Both the position numbers and the translations under genes were made by a program. 64,000 nucleotides of DNA from Candidatus Brocadiaceae bacterium. Its GTDB lineage: Bacteria; Planctomycetota; Brocadiia; SM23-32. The notes beneath the pieces were generated by a model. It was not told the origin of the DNA, did not search any database, and was given only the letters and a program-made list of their open reading frames with translations. Each line of letters begins with the position of its first letter. Within the stretch, counting starts at the first letter, position 1. Location of the stretch: contig CAWDVO010000020.1 of the NCBI GenBank assembly GCA_963805825.1, positions 354,792 through 418,791 on the forward strand, given 5' to 3'. Of this stretch, positions 49,001-59,325 are shown one piece after another.

Positions 49001-51985
49001 CCGGCCAGCGGGACATCGACGGGGACGAGCGACAAGCAGTCACACACCGTCAGCTACGACACGAGCGCGTTGATCGCTGGCACCTACACCGGCCACATCA
49101 CCGTGACGGACGCGTCCGCGAGCAACAGCCCGCAGACGATCACCGTCAATCTGACCGTGCAAACGGGCCCGGCTATTGCGCTGGACAAGACGACGCTGAG
49201 CCCGACAGCGACTGTCGGCCAGGACGCGGTCGATGACACGTTCCAGGTGTGGGACACAGGAGACGTGGCGCTCAACTACACTGTCACGGATGACGCGGCC
49301 TGGCTGAGCGTTGCGCCGACCAGCGGGGCGTCCACCGGCGCGAGCGACAAGCAAAGCCACACAGTCAGCTATGACACCAGCGCCTTGACGGCCGGCACAT
49401 ACACGGCCCACATCAGCATCGCTGACCCGAGCGCGACCAACAGCCCGCAGACGATCACGGTCAGCCTGACCGTGCAGACCGGGCCGGCCATCGCGCTCGA
49501 CAAGACAACCCTCAGTCCCACGGTGACGGTCGGCCAGGACGCGACGGACGACAGCTTCCAGGTGTGGGACACGGGTGACGTGGCTCTGAACTACACGATC
49601 ACTGACGACGTGGCCTGGCTCTCCGTCAATCCGGCGTCGGGCAGCTCGACGGGCACAAGCGACAGACAGACGCACACCGTGAGCTACGACACGAACGGCC
49701 TGACGGCCGGCACGTACACGGGCCACATCAGCGTGGCGGATGACGCCGCCGGCAACAGCCCGCAGACCGTCACGGTGAGCCTGACGGTGCAGACGGCCGC
49801 CGGCATCGCGCTGGACAAGACCACGCTAAGCCCCACGGTGACTGTCGGCCAGGACGCGACGGACGACAGCTTCCAGGTCTGGGACACGGGTGACGTGGCG
49901 CTCAGCTACACCGTGACCGACGACGTGGCCTGGCTGAGCGTGGCGCCGAGCAGTGGCACCTCGACCGGGCCGAGCGACAAGAAGTCGCACACGATCAGCT
50001 ACGACACCAGCGGTCTGACGGCCGGCACCTACACCGCCCATATCAGCGTGGCGGATGACGCCGCCGGCAACAGCCCGCAGACCGTCACGGTGAGCCTGAC
50101 GGTGCAGACGGCCGCGGCCATCGCCCTGGACAAGACGGCTCTTAGTCCGACCGTGACCGCGGGCCAGAACGCTGCCGACGACACCTTCCAGGTGTGGGAC
50201 ACAGGAGACGTGGCGCTCAACTACACCGTCACGGATGACGTTGCCTGGCTGTCCGTCAGCCCGGCGTCCGGTGCCTCGACCGGCACGGCTGACAAGCGGT
50301 CGCACACCGTCAGCTACGACACGAGCGGCCTGTCCGCCGGGACGTACACGGGCCACATCACCGTGGCCGACGCGGCCGCGAGCAACAGCCCACAGACGAT
50401 CACCGTCAGCCTGACGGTCTCGGCGCTGCCGAGCATCGGCACCGACACGACCTCGCTGAGCCCCGCCTGCCCGACCGGCGGCAACCCGGCCGGCGACCAG
50501 ATCCAGGTCTGGAACGCCGGTGGCGGCACGCTCGATTACGCCGTCTCCGACGACGCGGAGTGGCTCTCTGTCACGCCGGCCGACGGCAGTTCCACGGGCG
50601 CGGGCGACGTGACGGTGCACACCGTCACCTACTCCGCTTCCGGCCTGGCCGCGGGCACTTACAACGCCACGATCACGATCGCGGCGCCCGGCGCCGGCAA
50701 CACGCCGCTGGCCATCCCGGTGCGGCTCACGGTCGGCACCAACCCCGGCCCGGCGATTCACATCACCTACCCGACGGCGGCCGACAGCCCGCTGAGCGTC
50801 TCGATGATCACGGTCACCGGCACGGCCTCCGACGCGGACGGCGTGCAGGCCATCTGGGTGAACGGCGTGCAGGCGATCAACACCGGCACGGGCTTCAGCA
50901 CCTGGGCGGCGACCATACCGCTGAACCAGGGCTTCGACGCCGGCGATCCCAACGGCATCAACGTCATCGCGGCGTCGGGCGCGGACGTGCTCGGCAACTA
51001 CACCGCCGACGGCGATTCCGTGACGGTCGACAGCATCGGCGACGGCGGCCTGATCCAGGTGGTGAGTCTGAACTTCCAGGCCACCGGATCGGTGGTGCCC
51101 GACGACGTGGACACCTACCAGTTCGAGGCCATCGCCGGCACCAGCCTGACGCTGACGGTGAAAGGCAGCGGCAGGCCGAAGCCGGACCTCCAGGTGGAAC
51201 TCTACGGCGTCGACGGCCAGTTGCTGCTCACCCGGACCGGCACCAGCATCACGGTCAAGCAGGTGCTGCCGGACAGCGGCCTCTACACCGTCCGCGTCAC
51301 AGTGGCCGGCGGCGACGGCGGGCAGTACTCGATCAGCATATCGGCCAAGGTGCCGAAGAGCAGCATGAAGCTGAACGAGGTCCTGGCGACCGGCGCCTCG
51401 GTGAACGACTACTACATGACCTTGCCGAGGAGCAGTGCGGTGGCGGTGACCGTCACCAGCAGGGACTTCGACCCAACGGTCACCATCATGGATCCCATCG
51501 GCGGCACCGTGCCGCTCGACGGCCATCTGACGACCTCCGCGGGCAAGGCGCAGGTGAGCGGCCTGACGTTGCCGGACGGCGGCGAGCCCTACCTGAGCGG
51601 CGATTACGTCGTCTGTGTCAGTTCCGCCGACGGCAGGGCCGGGGCCTTCAAGATCGTCTGTGGCAGCAAGGCGCCGACGACCGAACGCCAGAAGCTGACC
51701 TTCCCGATCCTGCTCGGCGTCTCCGCGTCCAACGGTGTGCATCAGGGCCACGAGCTGGCGTTGACCGTCACCGGCGCGTCGGAGGTCCTGGCGGACAACA
51801 CGGTCTACATGGACGGCCGGCCCGTCGCTCCCGACAGCGTCTCGATGAAGGGCCAGAAGGGCATGCTCTACCTGACGGTGCCCACCGACATGACGGTCGG
51901 GCCCGCCATCGAGGTCTACTTCATGCGCTGCGACAGCCAGGTGGACGAGAAGAGCAACTCGCGGCCCGTCAAGGTGGTGCCCTGA
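40033..51985 (+). pseudogene. giant secreted protein: CBM-like domain + clan GH-A catalytic domain + 25 BACON/Ig-like repeats + PPC-like and beta-rich C-terminal domains (about 3980 aa if contiguous); 5' 5.6 kb frameshifted
   Basis: ATG 40033 gives the signal peptide MKWYVRVALLLVLLAGTSSA. EYAWREAESATATSF... and ...NPYTGIAYVDDPALAIVEVQNEDNVFWHW... are paralogous to 56620..59315. They are read across ORFs 40033..40410, 40388..41779, 41566.., 41933..43327 and 42756..43058 with repeated frame changes. The last 6.3 kb is a single intact ORF (45638..51985, 2115 aa). The tail contains DVDTYQFEAIAGTSLTLTV (pre-peptidase C-terminal-like). Confidence 0.75.
42879..50735 (+). repeat. 25 tandem in-frame coding repeats of exactly 315 bp (105 aa), BACON/Ig-like domain
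   Basis: The unit consensus is ..AIALDKTTLSPTVTVGQDAADDSFQVWDTGDVALNYTVTDDAAWLSVAPASGTSTGSGDKQSHTVSYDTSGLSAGTYTGHISVADAAASNSPQTITVSLTVQTA.. Units starting at 45061 and 45376 are identical for the first 62 nt. The first four units and the last unit are divergent (LSPSC/LSPAC variants). Confidence 0.9.
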
Positions 51986-52259
51986 CGCACGCAGTGGCTG
52001 ACGCGGCGGACCGGCGGCGGGGGGGGACGTGGCGGGGCGTACCCGTACGCGCCCGGTAGCGGCGTCCCCGACGCGGGCGGACGCCTGCCCCGGCCGGCGC
52101 GCAGTCGGGCGCTGCTCGCACCCAGGGCAGTCGTCCACGCCACGGCCGGCACGCACGCCGACCGTCTCAGCAGCGGGCCCACCACCGGTCTCTCCTTCGG
52201 AGCACCATGCCACGAAGAGCGGGGGAGCGCATTCCGGGAACGCGTCCCGACCACGTGGC

Positions 52260-52265
52260 TATAAT
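52260..52265 (+). promoter_or_regulatory. isolated TATAAT box in an AT-rich patch upstream of the C10 peptidase gene (weak promoter candidate)
   Basis: gctTATAATgg... is followed by the AT-rich stretch gatgaacatataggaag, conspicuous in otherwise GC-rich DNA. No convincing -35 is present. Confidence 0.25.
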
Positions 52266-52351
52266 GGATGAACATATAGGAAGACGTCGAGCACAGAAGG
52301 CTTGTTATGACGGCTGTCCGGACGCCGCGGCGCTCCGGTGAGGAGGCATAT

Positions 52352-55300
52352 ATGACAGCCAGGCTCCTGCGGCTGGAGCCGCTCGAACCGCGCGTCCTGC
52401 TGTCGGCCGTCCAGGCCGAACAGGCGCTCCTGGCCGCATCCACCTTCATGGCGGCCAACGGCCAGTTGCCGGGCTCCGACGGGACCGCGGCCGGCCTGGC
52501 CGTGCAGCCCATCCAGAGCGACGCCGGTACGGACCTCGCCTACGTCGTCCAGCGCGACTCCGGCGGCTACGTCGTCGTCGCCGGCGACGACACCATCGAC
52601 CCCATCGTCGCCTACTCCTGGAGCGGCTCGCTGATCGGGCAGACGGCGCAGGACAACCCGCTGGTCGACATGATCGAGGCGGACATGACCGGCCGCCTCC
52701 AGGCCGCGGCGTCCGCGGACGCATCGACCACGGACACCGCTTCCCTCTGGGACGCCTACCTGAGCCAGGCCCCGGCGCTGATGAGCGCGCTCTCGGGAGT
52801 GGAGTCGCCCTATGGGCCGTGGCTCACCTTCCCCACCTTCAGCCAGGACGCCCCGTACAACAACTACGTGCCCCTCGACCTGGCTACCGGCGAGCGCGAC
52901 CCGGCCGGCTGCGTGGCCACCTCGATGGCCCAGATCGCCTACTACTGGAACTATCCCGACAGCCTGAGCTTCGGCTCGGCCGACGCCTACACCACCGACA
53001 CCGAGGGCATCCGCGTGCCCGCGGACTCGGCCGAGTACGACTTCGCCACCTTCGACACGCTCAACTCCGAGCTGGCGACCATCAACTACGACTTCTCGAA
53101 GGACGAACTCGCCTACCTCTCGCTCGGCGCGGGCATCAAGGCGCAGATGGACTACGTCCTCGACGGCTCCGGCGCCTACATGTCGGCGGAACTCTACCTG
53201 GACGGTCTCGGCTTCGGCTCGGCGGTCTGGAGCACGAGCTGGTCGAGCGTCGAGGGCGACGTCGTCCAGAACATCAAGGACGGCTGGCCGGCGCAGATCC
53301 AGATATCGGGTTACTACGGCGTCCACTCGGCCGTGGTCGACGGCTACAGCGACGACGGCGCATACCACGTCAATCTGGGCTGGGGCGGGGCGGGGGACGC
53401 GTGGTATTTCCTGCCCTCCATCGTCCCGAGCAACCCCTACCTTGCGTCGTTCAGCTACATCGACGGCGTCATCTACGACATCACGCCCTACGACACGTGG
53501 GTCTCCGTCAGCGACCCGAACACGTCCGAGGGCAACGGATCGAAGGACCTGAACTTCACCGTCAGCCTCGCGGCCGCCAGCACGCAGAAGGTCACGGTGG
53601 ACTACACGACCGTCGCCGGTACCGCCACCGCCGGCAGCGACTACACCCCGGTCAGCGGCACCCTCACCTTCAACGTCGGCCAGACCAGCAAGACCGTCAG
53701 CGTGCCCATCATCGGCGACACGACGCCGGAACTGGACGAAACCGTCTACCTGCACCTGACCAACCCCACCAACGCCACCATCGCCGGCGGCGAGGGCACG
53801 GGCACCATCAAGAACGACGACGGCACGCCGGCCTCGATGCTCTGGCCGAGCGCGCCATACTACGCGCCGCCCGACCGCGTGCTCTACACCAACCAGAACG
53901 GCGACCTCACCATCGGCGGCTATTCCGTCTCGGCAGCAGGGCGAGCTGGACGGGTTCGACCTCTACTTCAACACCGACGGGCCGGTCACGATCGCCACGA
54001 CCGGCTCGACCGGCACCGCGATGGGCCTCTACGATGGCGCCGGCACCCCGACGCTGACCGACGAGGGCGGCGGTGCGGGCGTCAACGCCTCCGTCACCAC
54101 GACCGCCGCAGCCGGCCAGGACATGGGCGTCCTGGTGCGCGGGTACGCAGACACGGAGACCGGCAGCTACGGGCTGACCGTCAACGGCCCGGCCCCGGCC
54201 GTCACGCCCATCGACGATCTCGTCGGACACCAACAGCGGCGGCGCCGCGGGCAGCGTGGACGGCGAGTACGACTACGCGTTCTACAGCTTCACCGCGACC
54301 GAGGACGGCACCTGGACGATCTACCTCGACCCGACGGGCGACTTCCACCCGACGATGATGGTCTACGACAGCTCGGGGCACGCCCGTGCGCGGCAACTTC
54401 ACCGCCCCCATCGACGCCGGCGTGCCCGGCGCGGCGGACACCTACACGGGCGACTTCTCGGCGGGGGACACGTGGTACGTGCGCGTCGACGGCGCGCGGG
54501 CGGACACCGGGGACTTCACGCTCTCCGTCCAGGGCCCCTGGCCGAGCCGGCCTTCGGGCGCGGCGTCCGTCGCCACGCTCTACACCAACCAGAACGGCGA
54601 CGCGACCTTGCCCGCCGGCCAGATCGCCGGGCCGGGGCAGTTCGACCTCTACCACGTCGCCTTTGGCAGCGCGGGCACCGCGACCTTCCACACGACCGGC
54701 TCCACCGACACGCTGATGGCGTACTACAGCAGCTACGGCGCGCCGACGCTGACCGATGACGACGACGGCGCCGGCGTCAACGCCCTGGTCAGCACCGGCG
54801 TCTCCGCCGCCCGCGACCTGGAACTGCTCGTCGGCGGCTACGGCGCCTCGACCGGCGCCTACGGGCTCAGCGTGGACGGTCCCTCGCCTTCGGTCAGCGC
54901 CGTCTCCATCGCGCCGGGCTACAACACCGGCTCCGCCAACGGCAGCATCGGCAGCTCGGCCGAGGCCGACTTCTACACCTTCGCCGCGCCCGAGGCCGGC
55001 TCCTGGACGGTGACCGTCACGCCGGCCTCCGGCTTCCACCCGACCATGTCGGTCTACGACGCCGCCGGCGCGCCCATCGGCGGCTCCTTCACCGACCCTC
55101 TGGACGCAGGCCTGGCCGGCGCAACGGTCGTCTGGACGGGCGAGCTGGCCGAGGGCGACGCGGTCTACGTGCGCGTCGACGGGCTCGGCTCGGCCACGGG
55201 CAGCTACGGCCTCGCGGTGGAGGGGCCGGCCAACAATGTGCCCGTCTCTCACGACGATCACCCGCTGCGCCGGCGGCGTCGAGGACAGCGACTACACCGT

Positions 55301-56610
55301 CACCTACGACGCCCTCCTCGCCGCCTCGGACCTCTCCGACGCCGACACCGGCCAGACGCTCAGCTTCCGCGTGGCCGGCCTCACCAGCGGCACGCTCACC
55401 AAGGGCGGCGGCGCGGTCGTGCCCGGCAGCACGCTGCTCGGCCCGGGCGAGAGCCTGGTCTGGCGCCCGGCCGCGAACGCGAACGGGACGCTGAGCGCCT
55501 TCACCGTCATCGGCTGGGACGGGCAGTTCGCCTCGGCCCGCCCGTGCAGGTGCGCGTCGAGTGGCCGCCGTCAACGACCGCCCGACGGCCGCCGCGCAGA
55601 GCGTGAGCGCCGTCATCGGCACGCCGCTGCCCATCACGCTGTCGGGCAGCGACGTCGAGACGCCCGCTGCCGGCCTCGCCTACGCCCTCGGGGAGGACCC
55701 GTCCCACGGCTCGGTCTCGCTCGCCGGCAACGTCGCCACCTACACGCCGGCCGCCGGCTACATCGGCTCGGACTCGTTCACCTTCACGGTCACCGACGCC
55801 GACGGCCTGGTCAGCGCGCCGGCGACGGTCTCCGTCTCGGTGCTGCCGCCGCAGGTCGGCCAGATCTGGCAGTCGGGCGGCGCGCAGGTGCGGGCCTTCG
55901 ACACGAGCGGCCCGCTCGACATCGACCCGTCCGGCATCCAGGTCAAGTTCGGCAAGAACGGGGCGGTCTCTTCGATCACGCTCTCGGGCACGCAGCCGAT
56001 GGACGGCCTCGGCCTCGTCATCTCCGGCGCCTCGTCGGTCGGCTCCGATCAAGGACGGCCGCAAGGGCGCGCTCGGCGACCTCGCCTTCATCGTCTCGGA
56101 CGCGCCGGTCAAGTCCGTCAAGCTGAAGGGCGGCATGAGCGGCTTCGGCCTCGACGGGCTGACCATCGGGGGCCTGACGCTGCCCGAGGACATCGGCGGC
56201 GACGGGCGGGGTTGGGTCTGACGTCGGTCTACGTTGCCGGCGGCGTCGGCAAGCTTCACGCATCGGCGGCGACTTTGCCGGGGCCAGCGGCCGTGCAGGG
56301 ATCGATGAAGGGCTTCCAGGTCAAGGGCGGCGACTTCGCCGGTCGATCTCGAGCGTCAGCGGCGACCTGGCGAAGCTCTCCGTGACCGGCGGCAAGACCG
56401 GCGGCGGCACCTTCATGGCCGGCGCGCGGAGTCGTCGTCGGCGGCATGCTGAAGAGCGCCAAGATCAGCGCCTGCCAGACGGACAACTGCGGCCTGCCGT
56501 TCGGCATCTACGCCGGCGAGACCGGCAAGCTCACCCTCGGCAGCCTGAAGCTCACGCCCCTCGACCTGCCCCTGCTCCAGGGCGACCTCTGCGTGGAGCT
56601 GCTCGTCTGA
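52352..56610 (+). pseudogene. large secreted peptidase C10 (streptopain-like) with Spi-like propeptide, Calx-beta, four PPC-like and cadherin/Ig-like modules; frameshifted from ~53930 onward
   Basis: ATG 52352 (GAGGAGG 5 nt upstream) gives MTARLLRLEPLEPRVLLSA. Spi-like segment: LAYVVQRDSGGYVVVAGDDTIDPIVAYSW. Catalytic Cys context: PAGCVATSMAQIAYYWNYP; His context: GVHSAVVDGY. Calx-beta: VTVDYTTVAGTATAGSDYTPVSGTLTFNVGQTSKTVSVPIIGD. LYTNQNGD...GSYGLTVNGP-type modules repeat. DSFTFTVTDADGLVSAPATVSVSV is cadherin-like. The gene ends ...LQGDLCVELLV* at 56610. It is intact in ORF 52307..54358 up to ~53930, then spread over several frames. Confidence 0.7.
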
Positions 56611-56619
56611 GCGCCCGCC

Positions 56620-59315
56620 TCAGCGCGTCACCTCGTAGTAGTAGGTGGTGTAGGTGCCGTCGACGCGGAACGAGCCGTCCCCGGAAACGGGCACCGTGCG
56701 GCCGGTCGGCACGCCGTAGACGTCGAGGACGTCCACGCGGCTCGGGGCCGCGCCCTTCAGGCGCAGCAGCGCCTGCACCGGTTCGAGCATCAGCGGCGTG
56801 CCGCCGACCTCTATGAGTTCCGTGCCGTCGTCGTTGTACTGCGTCCCCTTCATCCGGTCGCGCGCCAGCGCGGTAATCAGGATGCGGCGGGAGGCGGCGA
56901 GGTCCGCGTTGTCCAGCGGCGTGAAGATCATGGAGACGAAGGGCGTGGCGACCGTGGCGGTCAGGCCGGGCAGGTCGATCGGGCGGCCGCCGGTGCGGCC
57001 GAGGATCGCCTGCGTCTTCGGCCCGTTCAGCAGGACGAGCTGGCGGCCGTAGTCCCATGTGAGCTGGCCGGTGGCCGAGCGGACGACGCGCGCGTCCTGG
57101 TCCCAGGTACTCGGTCCACCTTCGACGCCTGGCTCCGGCCGCCGTCGAAGGAGATGGTCACGCGCCCGACGGCCAGCAGCTCCTTCGGCGTGGCCAGCGT
57201 GCCCTGCAGCTCCTTGGCGTCGTAGCCGCCGCCGGTGAAGTCCTGCTGGAGCGGGTCGACGCCCCGGAACAGGTCGTCCTGCGTCAGCCGGCGGGCGGCG
57301 ACGACGGGCGCCTGGCGGATGTGGCCGTTGTAGAGCGCGAAGGCGAGGGCCGGGAACTGGCCGGCGTAGTGCGGCGTGTCGGTGACGTAGGAGCTGAGGT
57401 TCGGCCAGCCGTTCAGCATGCGGCAGCCGCTGTTGAGGAAGTGATAGGAGGCGTCCCAGCCCTGCAGGCCCATGGCGTAGAAGGCCATGAGCGGCGCGGC
57501 CTCCAGCTTCCACTGGTTGGGCGGGCTGGAGGTCCACTCGGTCATCGAGAAGGCGCGGTCCTCGACCTGGTAGAGGCCGGAGCCGAGCATGCCGCTGCCG
57601 GGGGCGGCGAGCTCCGAACGGTTGTTCACCCGCCCCGGTGCGATGTAGTAGTGGCCGGCCCCGCCGCCGAAGTAGTTGTGCCGGTCGATCATGCCGCCCG
57701 CCGTGTCGCACCAGAGGTTGGCAGCGTCCGCCGCCGCGCCGCCGGCCCGCCAGGCGGTGGTGATGACGACGGCCTTGTAGCCGATCGAGCGCAGGTCCCT
57801 GACGCGCTGCTCGTAGTAGCTCCGCTGGAGTTCGGCGAGGAAGCGGACGTAGTCGCCGAGGCGCGGGCTTCTCGGCCTTGTTCCGCGGACCGTCGGCGCG
57901 CATGTCGCCCGTGCCGTAGATGCCCATGTCCGGGTTGTCCACGGAGTCGCCGCTGCGCGCATGCCGGCGCCCCAGGCCGCCCGCAGCTTCTCGTCGTCGC
58001 CGTAGCGCTGCTTCAGCCATGCGGCCCAGCGTGCCTTCAGGCGCGCCGTGTGCTTGGGGAACTCCTTGCCCTCCGCCAGGGCGTTGAGCGGCCATCCCCA
58101 GAAGATGCAGTCCTCGTTGTGCGCCTCGACGACGGCCAGCGCCGGGTCGTCCACGTAGCGCAGGCCCGTGTAGGGGTTGGCATGCGTCAGGAAGGCCTTC
58201 ACGTAGCGCCACTCGGACTGCTGAAGCGCGGGCTCGATGTTGACCAGCCCGCTGGTCGTCTTCTCGCCCTCGACGGCGCCCGCCCCGGTCTGGTTCGCCG
58301 CCCGCAGCTCGTCGTAGAGGTCGTAGCCCTCGCTCTGCTTGATGTGGTGGGCGTAGAAGAAGGAGACGGTCACGTAAATGCCCTGCTTCTTCAGCTCGGA
58401 GAACCAGTAGTCCCAGTCGTCGAGCTTCTGCGGCGCGAAAGTGCCGTCGTCGCGCAGCGTGCCCAGCTCCCCCTCGAGCGGGTGCTCGCGGACCATGTTG
58501 ACGCCGTACTTGCGCAGGTAGCGGGCGCGCTGCGTCATCTGGTCGCGGCCGATGTCCAGCAGGTTGGCGCCGCAGCCCCAGAAGACGACGGGCTCGGGCG
58601 AACCGCTGAAGCGCAGGTGGTCGCCCTCCTCGGTCAGGAAGCCGTGCCCGCCGGCCGGCGCCTCGACGAGGCGGGACATGTCGGTGACGGAGTCCGGGCT
58701 GAAATCGTCGTCGTAGAAGGCGACCGGGAACCACTCCGCCGGCCCGGGCGCGGGCGGCGCGTCGGGCGGCCGGTTGCCGGAGGGCACCAGCAGGTCGTTG
58801 CGGCTGAGGAAGAAGACGTCGAAGCAGCCGTTCTTGCGCTGGCCGACCTCGGCGAGCAGTCGCAGCTCGAAGTCGTGGCGGCCCGCGTTCAGCTCGACGG
58901 TGCCGAGGTAGACCCAGTTGACGGGCAGCGTGCGGCGGATGGTGACGGAGTCGGCCAGCGGCACGTCGCGCGGGCAGATGCGCCAGTCGTCCTGATCGAA
59001 GCGCCAGCGGAAGGGGCCGTGCTTCCAGTACTTCCGCGCCCAGAGCCGGTAACGGCCGTCGGCGGGCACCCGGACGCTGTAGCGTGCGAAGGCCTCCTCC
59101 CCGGTGCGCACGCCGTCGTTCGTCAGCCAGCGGCCTCCGGAGAGCAGGTCGGCCTTGTCGGGAAAGGTGCTCTCCGAGTAGCCCGTCTCCGCCGGGAAGT
59201 TCGTCGCCACCGGCGATTCGGCCTCCCACCAGACGTACTCGGAACGGTCGGCCTCGGCCGCTGCAGCCGCCGGCACGACCACGCCCAGGCACACCAGCCA
59301 GAACAGTGCCTTCAT
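56620..59315 (-). pseudogene. secreted CBM-like + clan GH-A glycoside hydrolase paralog, at least two frameshifts (~57900 and ~57100)
   Basis: ATG 59315 gives the signal peptide MKALFWLVCLGVVVPAAAA. EYVWWEAESPVATNFP..., NPYTGLRYVDDPALAVVEAHNEDCIFWGW and KQRYGDDEKLRAAWG lie in ORF 57027..59315. The C-terminus lies in ORF 56620..59292 and ends ...VDVLDVYGVPTGRTVPVSGDGSFRVDGTYTTYYYEVTR*. Confidence 0.7.
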
Positions 59316-59325
59316 CTCCGGTATC

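Noticed and set aside
45904-50529. Series of 61-73-aa minus-strand ORFs recurring every ~315 bp (e.g. 45904..46107, 46249..46440, 46564..46755, 48139..48330, 49084..49275)
   Set aside because: They recur with the 315-bp repeat period on the antisense strand, so they are a by-product of the repeats and not independent small genes.
42879-50735. Regular tandem repeats considered as a possible CRISPR or satellite array
   Set aside because: The period is 315 bp with no short repeat/unique spacer alternation. The repeats are in frame and encode a conserved 105-aa domain inside a large ORF.
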